The notes under the pieces: model-generated
What the model saw: the letters and a program-made list of their open reading frames with translations, nothing else
Databases searched by the model: none
Told to the model about the DNA's origin: nothing
Program-made: the position numbers and the translations under genes
Source: Candidatus Levyibacteriota bacterium
GTDB lineage: Bacteria; Patescibacteriota; Microgenomatia; Levybacterales; GWA1-39-11
Direction of reading: 5' to 3'
Assembly (NCBI GenBank): GCA_036788695.1
Contig: DAIQMY010000001.1
Span: 313,773-377,772 of the forward strand
Length of the DNA stretch: 64,000 bases
In this document: one piece after another, positions 58,063 to 64,000 of the stretch
Numbering within the stretch: the first letter of the stretch is position 1
How the letters are laid out: every line of letters starts with the position of its first letter

Positions 58063-59820
58063 ATGTCAGCACATCAAGGAGAAAATTCAATAAAAAAAGA
58101 CATAAGTACTCTTGCGGTAACTCCTTTCATTCAGGACTATAAATCCTTTTATTCGTCTTTTTCGTGGGATGAATCTATTTCATCTATTTCATTTTTTGAA
58201 GATGGTACTCTCAATGCAGCTTATAACGCTGTAGATAGGCATGCAAAGGAAGGTAAGGCTGAGCGGGCTGCTCTTTTGTGGGAAGGTAGTACTGGAGAAA
58301 AAGAGACATATACATACTCAGATCTTTCAAAAAAATCCAACCAATTTGCAAATGTTTTGACATCTTTTGGTGTGGGTAAGGGGGACCGTGTTTTTGTTTT
58401 TCTTCCAACAATTCCAGAGCGGTATATAGCGTTTTTAGGTATTTTAAAAACAGGAGCAATTGTGGGAACTCTTTTTTCAGCATTTCAGGAATTAGCCCTT
58501 TTAGACAGGCTTTCTGATAGTGGAGCAAAGATTGTTATAACAAATGAAGCACTATATCCTCGTATTCAGAAAATAGAAAAAGATCTTCCTTCTCTTGAAA
58601 AAGTAATTATAGTTGAGCGGGGAAGCGTTGCTCATCCTCAAGGTGACCATATTGCATCTTTTGAAAGAGAAATGGAAAAGGCTGCAGTTAGTTTTGATGT
58701 GGCACACATGAAGAAGGAGGACTATTCTTATATGCTTTACACATCTGGAACGACAGGAAAACCTAAGGGAGTTGTTCACTCTCACTTTGATGTGCTACAG
58801 GCAATGTTAACTACAAAGTATGTCCTAGATTTACACGATGATGATATTTATTGGTGCACAGCTGATACAGGATGGGTAACTGGAGTTGTATATGGGGTGT
58901 TAGGACCTATGTGTCTTGGCGTTACATCTGTTATTTTTGAAGGAAGATATAGTCCTACAGCTTGGTACACAATACTTCAAGATTACAAGGTTACTGTTTG
59001 GTATACAGCTCCTACTGCAATAAGAATGCTTATGGGGTCAGAAGTACAACCAAAGAATTTTAATTTGTCTTCTCTTCGGGCACTTTTTAGTGTGGGTGAA
59101 CCGCTGAATCCGGAGGCGATTTGGTGGGGGCTTGAGGCGTTTGGGCTTCCATTTCACGATACCTGGTGGCAGACGGAATTGGGCGGAATGGCAATTGTAA
59201 ACTATGTATCAATGGATATTAAACCAGGAAGTATGGGAAAGCCTTTTCCCGGAATTGTTGCGTCAGTGGTAGATGAGAATGGAGAAGAAGTAGAACAAGG
59301 CAAGATTGGCAGTCTTGTTATAAAGCCTGAAACTGACCCATCACTTATGGGAGAGATTTGGCACAATAAGGAAAAATTTGATTCGTACTTTAAAGACGGA
59401 TGGTATGTTTCAGGAGACAAAGCATATATTGATAATGATGGCTATTTTTGGTTTGTTGGGCGGGCAGATGATCTCATAAATACTCAGGGAGAAAGAGTTG
59501 GACCGTTTGAGGTGGAAAGCGCACTAGTTGAATATCCAGATGTTGTTGAGGCAGGTGTCATAGGAAAGCCAGATGAGATGCGGGGTGAAATAATTAAAGC
59601 CTTTGTTGTCCTCAAGCCAGGTATAGAAGGGACAGATGAGCTAAAGGAGAAAATTGCACAACATGTGAAGAAGAACTTAGCGGGTCATGCATATCCACGA
59701 GAAATTGAATTTATTGAGAAGCTTCCTAAAACAAGATCTGGGAAAATAATGCGAAGGCTCTTGAAGTCTCGCGAATTAGGTTTACCTGAAGGTGATACTT
59801 CAACCCTTGAGGACTATTAA
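58063..59820 (+). CDS. AMP-forming acetyl/acyl-CoA synthetase
   Basis: AMP-binding signature YTSGTTGKPKGV. Acs-like C-terminal PKTRSGKIMRR (acetylatable Lys motif). Confidence 0.85.
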   Translation: MSAHQGENSIKKDISTLAVTPFIQDYKSFYSSFSWDESISSISFFEDGTLNAAYNAVDRHAKEGKAERAALLWEGSTGEKETYTYSDLSKKSNQFANVLTSFGVGKGDRVFVFLPTIPERYIAFLGILKTGAIVGTLFSAFQELALLDRLSDSGAKIVITNEALYPRIQKIEKDLPSLEKVIIVERGSVAHPQGDHIASFEREMEKAAVSFDVAHMKKEDYSYMLYTSGTTGKPKGVVHSHFDVLQAMLTTKYVLDLHDDDIYWCTADTGWVTGVVYGVLGPMCLGVTSVIFEGRYSPTAWYTILQDYKVTVWYTAPTAIRMLMGSEVQPKNFNLSSLRALFSVGEPLNPEAIWWGLEAFGLPFHDTWWQTELGGMAIVNYVSMDIKPGSMGKPFPGIVASVVDENGEEVEQGKIGSLVIKPETDPSLMGEIWHNKEKFDSYFKDGWYVSGDKAYIDNDGYFWFVGRADDLINTQGERVGPFEVESALVEYPDVVEAGVIGKPDEMRGEIIKAFVVLKPGIEGTDELKEKIAQHVKKNLAGHAYPREIEFIEKLPKTRSGKIMRRLLKSRELGLPEGDTSTLEDY

Positions 59821-60482
59821 TCTATTACGTTGTTTGTGAATAAAGACTCAAGGATTGAAAATGCTTTATTCACGTCTTTTTTGTTTACCACAAAAGTAAA
59901 TTCCAAGTGTGCTGAAACAATTTCAACTATGTTAATTCCTTCCCAGGCAAGCGATTTTAGAAGTGAGTAGAGTATTCCTGGAGAATGAATTGAGCTTTCT
60001 GGTAGTTGAATTGTGATAGAGGAGAGGTTATTAATTTTCTCTGTTATTTTTTCATTATCTAGTATGCTGCATGCCTTCTCCTCTATATCGTTACTAATTA
60101 TAATAGATGTTTCAAAGACTCCTTGGGTGACGGTTAGAAAGTATTTAGCTTGACTATCAGATAACTGTAAAAGAGTAGGGAGTATTTTCGGTAAAGATTG
60201 TGAGTTTAGGACAACTATTTCCGAAAGATTTGATTTTAATGTCATGTTAGGTGGTGCAGTAAATATATCTGTAGATTTATAGTTTGGCCTGATTGTTGTG
60301 GAAAGTCTATTCAACGCCATGATAAGTGATGCTTCACTTACTGTTTTTTTAGTAAGTTGTTCTACTTCTGGTTGAATATAACGTGCAAGAGCTGAAAAGT
60401 TAATAATTCCTTTAGAAATAGCCTCAGAAAGATATCTGGAGCGCGAAATGATAATCTCAACTGCAGAAGATATGCTAACCAT
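59817..60482 (-). CDS. Tandem ACT-like domain protein (aspartokinase regulatory-domain-like), hypothetical
   Basis: C-terminal PGILYSLLKSLAWEGINIVEIVSAHLEFTFVV resembles an ACT beta-alpha-beta-beta-alpha-beta unit. An upstream half resembles a second unit. Confidence 0.35.
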   Translation of the reverse strand: MVSISSAVEIIISRSRYLSEAISKGIINFSALARYIQPEVEQLTKKTVSEASLIMALNRLSTTIRPNYKSTDIFTAPPNMTLKSNLSEIVVLNSQSLPKILPTLLQLSDSQAKYFLTVTQGVFETSIIISNDIEEKACSILDNEKITEKINNLSSITIQLPESSIHSPGILYSLLKSLAWEGINIVEIVSAHLEFTFVVNKKDVNKAFSILESLFTNNVID

Positions 60483-60537
60483 ATTTTGTTAAAATTTTAA
60501 CACAATATATATAATTTGTCAATATTTTATAGAAAAT

Positions 60538-60566
60538 TGACATACTATAGGAACCTTCGTATACTT
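60538..60566 (+). promoter_or_regulatory. Sigma-70-like promoter for the GNAT-like/HDAC-like/PPAT-DPCK cluster
   Basis: TTGACA (60538-43), 17-nt spacer, TATACT (60561-66). Confidence 0.5.
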
Positions 60567-60601
60567 GCTTTATCAATTCAGCTATACATTATAATAAATG
60601 T

Positions 60602-61666
60602 ATGACTGATACAAGAGATATGGGAAAAGAAATAGTTTCAAGCACTGGGCGTATGGGTATAGATACCCGATCAGACAATAGATTTTATTGGAATGTGAGG
60701 CAACCAATGCATGATGCAAGCAGGGTTGAAAAGGGGTTTGATAGGCTTGCGCAAGTAAAAAATATAAAACCTTCTCGAGAGAACCAGTTTGATTTTCTTG
60801 ATTCCTCAAAGAGACGGGATGTTATGAGATTTATTGCAACTGGAGAAGTTGCAGAGCAGCTAATTAATCCCAGCAATCCTTTTTCTGGAAATGTAGAGGT
60901 TGCTTTTCCGATTTCGGATGGTGATTGGTATATAAGCCTGGGTAGAAACGGAGAAGATAGAAAAACGGCTCTTTCTATGGATGAATTAATTCAGGAGACA
61001 GCTGTGCCTGACAGGCAAAATTATCCAGCAGCAGCAGTGGAAAAGGTGTTGAAGGAAGGGTACTCGTTTAGGACAGACCTTTCAAGCCCTCAAGTGCGGG
61101 AACAAGTATTAGGATTATGGGATAATACTTTTGGTTGGACAACGGAAGAGATTTGTAATTTAGAAAAAAGTTTAAAGGAGCAGGAGAAAACTGGAGAAAA
61201 GAATGTATGGTTCAGTGCTTTGCAAAAGCCTATTTTAAAAGATAAAGTAGTTGTCGCAGTCGGTATGGCGGAGAAAATCAAATTTACAAGAAGTAATGGT
61301 AGACCAATTGATATTATAGAATTAACTGAATGGTCTGTAGATGAAGGAAGTCGTGGGAATGGATATATGCCTGCAACGGTAACTCAATTAGCAGCCCAAG
61401 TGTTAGATTCATACCCCATAGAAGAGAGAAAAAGAGATATCTTACTTATAGCAGAGTGCAATATTGGAGCGTATGCTCATAAAACAGGTTACAAGGCAGG
61501 ATTAACAGTACCTGAAAGAGTTGTTCCACAAATATTGAAACAGAATGTAGATGTAAATGGTATTTCTTCAGACTTTGCCTTTATGTATATTTCTCCATCA
61601 TCTCTTGCAAAAAACTATCCACCAGAGGTGGTAAAACAAATATTAAGAGATACTGAGGTAAAGTAA
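60602..61666 (+). CDS. Hypothetical protein with C-terminal GNAT-like acetyltransferase motifs
   Basis: SRGNGYMPATV (motif A-like) and NIGAYAHKTGYKAG (motif B-like N-x2-A-x3-Y-x-K-x-GY). N-terminal ~200 aa unassigned. Confidence 0.4.
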   Translation: MTDTRDMGKEIVSSTGRMGIDTRSDNRFYWNVRQPMHDASRVEKGFDRLAQVKNIKPSRENQFDFLDSSKRRDVMRFIATGEVAEQLINPSNPFSGNVEVAFPISDGDWYISLGRNGEDRKTALSMDELIQETAVPDRQNYPAAAVEKVLKEGYSFRTDLSSPQVREQVLGLWDNTFGWTTEEICNLEKSLKEQEKTGEKNVWFSALQKPILKDKVVVAVGMAEKIKFTRSNGRPIDIIELTEWSVDEGSRGNGYMPATVTQLAAQVLDSYPIEERKRDILLIAECNIGAYAHKTGYKAGLTVPERVVPQILKQNVDVNGISSDFAFMYISPSSLAKNYPPEVVKQILRDTEVK

Positions 61667-61667
61667 T

Positions 61668-62630
61668 ATGAAGTTTCCTATTATCTATTCTTCCCAACAC
61701 AAACAACACGCTCCGTTATTTGAGATATATGACGATGTGAAAGAGGAATATTCTGAAAAGCCTGCGCGGATTGAGACAATTAAAGAAAAACTTGAACAAG
61801 AGAATGCGGGGCAATTTTTTTCTCCTTCTAAGTTTCCCTTGGATCATATAAAGAAAATACATCATTATGCGTATATAGATTTTCTGAAGAATCGTTCAAG
61901 ACTTTTAAAAGAAAATGAAGTTTTATACCCTTCATATTTTATAACTGATACGTATATTGCAATTACCCCTGGAACATACGATGCAGCTGTCGAGTCTGTA
62001 AACATAGCACTTACTGGTGCACAGAAAGTACTTGATGGTGAAAAACTTGTCTACTCTCTTTGTAGGCCTCCAGGACACCACGCAGAAGAAAGAAGTATGG
62101 GTGGATATTGTTTCTTTAATAATGCAGCAATCGCGGCAAATTTCCTAACTCAAAAGGGTAAAGTTGCTCTATTGGATATAGATTTCCACCACGGAAATGG
62201 AACGCAGCAAATATTTTATGAGAGAAGCGATGTTTTATATGTATCTATTCACGCTGATCCAAAAGAAAAATATCCATATAAAACTGGTTTTATGGATGAA
62301 AGCGGGAAAGGAGCAGGAGAGGGTTTTACCGTAAATTATCCATTGCCACTTGGCGTAACAGATATTAATTACATGTCAGTACTGAAAGATGCACTTTCCA
62401 AAATCACAGAATTTAATCCTGAATTTATTGTATTATCAGCCGGATTTGATACCTATGAAAACGATCCAATAGGGGGATTCAAGCTCACTGTCCCATTTTA
62501 TGAGGCTATAGGTCAAGAAATAAAGGCGTTAAATACTTCCACTCTTGTTGTGCAGGAAGGTGGATATGCTGTAGATGCATTAGGGGAAATGGCTTACAAT
62601 TTTCTAAAGGGATTATCTTTTACTTCATGA
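61668..62630 (+). CDS. Histone deacetylase-family (AcuC/acetylpolyamine amidohydrolase-like) deacetylase
   Basis: GYCFFNNAAIA, DIDFHHGNGTQ, LSAGFDTYENDPIGG: the three HDAC signature blocks. Confidence 0.85.
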   Translation: MKFPIIYSSQHKQHAPLFEIYDDVKEEYSEKPARIETIKEKLEQENAGQFFSPSKFPLDHIKKIHHYAYIDFLKNRSRLLKENEVLYPSYFITDTYIAITPGTYDAAVESVNIALTGAQKVLDGEKLVYSLCRPPGHHAEERSMGGYCFFNNAAIAANFLTQKGKVALLDIDFHHGNGTQQIFYERSDVLYVSIHADPKEKYPYKTGFMDESGKGAGEGFTVNYPLPLGVTDINYMSVLKDALSKITEFNPEFIVLSAGFDTYENDPIGGFKLTVPFYEAIGQEIKALNTSTLVVQEGGYAVDALGEMAYNFLKGLSFTS

Positions 62631-63559
62631 GATATAGATTGGCTGCATTGGGTGGAACATTTGATAGATTACACCGTGGACATAGGGATTTTCTTCAATT
62701 TTCACTTTCCAAAAGTGACTATGTGGTGTTAGGGCTTACCTCAGATGCTTATATTAAAAAATATAAAGATGGACTTGGAGTTGAACCTTACGAAGCGCGG
62801 GAAAAAAACCTCCAGATATTTTTACAATCGATTCAGAAAGAAAGTAGAGTAAAGATTGTGTCAATTGATGACCTGTTTGGTCCAACAATTTTACCTGAAT
62901 ATAAGTTTGATGCACTTATTGTAACCCGGGACACCATAAAAGGTGGAGAAGAGATAAATAAGAAAAGAAAAGAGATGGGGCTTTCAGACTTATCAGTGGA
63001 AGTTTTTTCTTTAACAAATGAAGTTTACGGTGTTCCGATTGCATCTTCAACAATACGAAAAGTAATTTTTGCTCTTCCCGCAAGTCTACGTTTTCTACTT
63101 CAGGAGCCATGGGGAAAAGTAACTGAGAAAGTTCCACGCAATATAGAATCGGAGAAAACTATTACTGTAGGGGATGTAACTACAAAAATGTTTTTAGATC
63201 AGGGGATACATCCCAGACTTGCAATAATTGATCTCTATATAGAGCGGGAGTACGCTGTTAAAAAAATTGAGGAATTAGGTTTTTCTAGTAGTCAACCCGT
63301 AGTGTATGTTAAGAATCCTGCTGCAACTATTACCCCCGAATTAGTAATTGCTATCCGTGAAGCACTTTTAAGCAACGAAGATTCACTTATCATTGTTGAG
63401 GGAGAAGAGGATCTAGCGGTTTTGCCGGCTTTGCTTGAGGCGGATAATGGGTATTCAGTTTTTTATGGGCAGCCAGGTCAAGGGATGGTAGAGGTAAAGG
63501 TAAATGATAAAGTTAAAAAGAGTGCGCAGGATTTACTCGCCAAGTTTGACAAGAAATAA
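62627..63559 (+). CDS. Fusion: archaeal-type phosphopantetheine adenylyltransferase (N-terminal) + DUF359-like GTP-dependent dephospho-CoA kinase (C-terminal)
   Basis: N-terminal LGGTFDRLHRGH (HxGH cytidylyltransferase). C-terminal VGDVTT...IVEGEEDLAVLPA, reminiscent of archaeal DPCK (DUF359). Confidence 0.55.
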   Translation: MRYRLAALGGTFDRLHRGHRDFLQFSLSKSDYVVLGLTSDAYIKKYKDGLGVEPYEAREKNLQIFLQSIQKESRVKIVSIDDLFGPTILPEYKFDALIVTRDTIKGGEEINKKRKEMGLSDLSVEVFSLTNEVYGVPIASSTIRKVIFALPASLRFLLQEPWGKVTEKVPRNIESEKTITVGDVTTKMFLDQGIHPRLAIIDLYIEREYAVKKIEELGFSSSQPVVYVKNPAATITPELVIAIREALLSNEDSLIIVEGEEDLAVLPALLEADNGYSVFYGQPGQGMVEVKVNDKVKKSAQDLLAKFDKK

Positions 63560-63656
63560 ATCCTTTGGTAACATGGATATACAAATGAAATTTCTAACCA
63601 TCCTCAAGAAGATTAAGAAAACCCCATAGGGGCTAGATCTTTTTGTGAGAGAGCTA

Positions 63657-63681
63657 GACCCCGAGCAATCGGGGTTTTTTT
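63657..63681 (+). terminator. Rho-independent terminator
   Basis: CCCCGA-GCAA-TCGGGG followed by T7. Preceded by a second hairpin at 63623-63632. Confidence 0.75.
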
Positions 63682-63713
63682 GTGTCTCAAAACTATAAGA
63701 AAGGAGGGTAAAA

Positions 63714-64000
63714 ATGAATAAAGAAATAATAAGCCAAGGCTTGAATCAATTCATGACAAAAGAGGGACCAGTTGTTATTAACTATACCTATCACCCAGAC
63801 AGTTATTTAGCTCATGAGCTGCGGATGACACAGGGGATAAATGGTTCAAAAAAAGAACTCTTGTCATGTGCTACTGAATTATCCAATGCGGTTTGTGGCT
63901 TAGGAGTAAGAGGGAAAAAGCTTGTGGAAGAAGCACAGCTTCAAACTCCGCAAATGCGTCTTTCTGATGAGGTAGGGACTATCCAGGAAATGTTGTCTCA
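63714..64000 (+). CDS. Hypothetical protein, 5' part (runs off window end)
   Basis: ATG 63714 preceded by AAGGAGG SD. Open frame to window end (MNKEIISQGLNQFMTKEGP...). Confidence 0.5.
   Translation, partial: MNKEIISQGLNQFMTKEGPVVINYTYHPDSYLAHELRMTQGINGSKKELLSCATELSNAVCGLGVRGKKLVEEAQLQTPQMRLSDEVGTIQEMLS

Noticed and set aside
1-64000. CRISPR arrays or other tandem repeat arrays
   Set aside because: No regularly spaced direct repeats were seen in any intergenic region. Only K/E-rich coding low-complexity repeats and the PT linker of the protease.

Overview
Low-GC (~35%) chromosomal segment that looks like a Candidate Phyla Radiation (Patescibacteria-type) genome. Clues are no L30 in the spc region, lysine/glutamate-rich tails on several ribosomal proteins, a split archaeal-type transketolase, an archaeal-type PGI/PMI SIS isomerase, and an archaeal-type PPAT-DPCK fusion.

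The window is dominated by the conserved str/S10/spc/alpha ribosomal super-operon (fusA...tuf...rpsJ through rpsI, ~8.6-27.9 kb), but with several departures from the norm:
(a) ~8 kb of accessory genes sit between fusA and tuf, including a dockerin-bearing S8 subtilase next to a membrane-anchored cohesin-like protein and a GH18-like protein.
(b) A 124-aa novel ORF plus a terminator-like hairpin lies between rpsJ and rplC.
(c) rpmJ has moved to between rplX and rplE.
(d) Two extra NMP-kinase paralogues lie between adk and map.
(e) L24 carries a 4-Cys zinc-ribbon, and L2 lacks its conserved N-terminus.

Downstream of the ribosomal block: recA-recX, tRNA-Pro(GGG), sugar-phosphate metabolism genes (pgl-like, split tkt, glycerate kinase), an RNase Y gene, HU, a clear RNase P RNA (rnpB), a UvrD-helicase/Cas4-like nuclease fusion, rmuC, topA, tsaD and greA with a promoter plus leader terminator. 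The window ends with an AMP-forming acyl-CoA synthetase next to a GNAT-like/HDAC-like (AcuA/AcuC-like) pair and a fused archaeal-type PPAT-DPCK.

No CRISPR array, integrase or transposase was seen.
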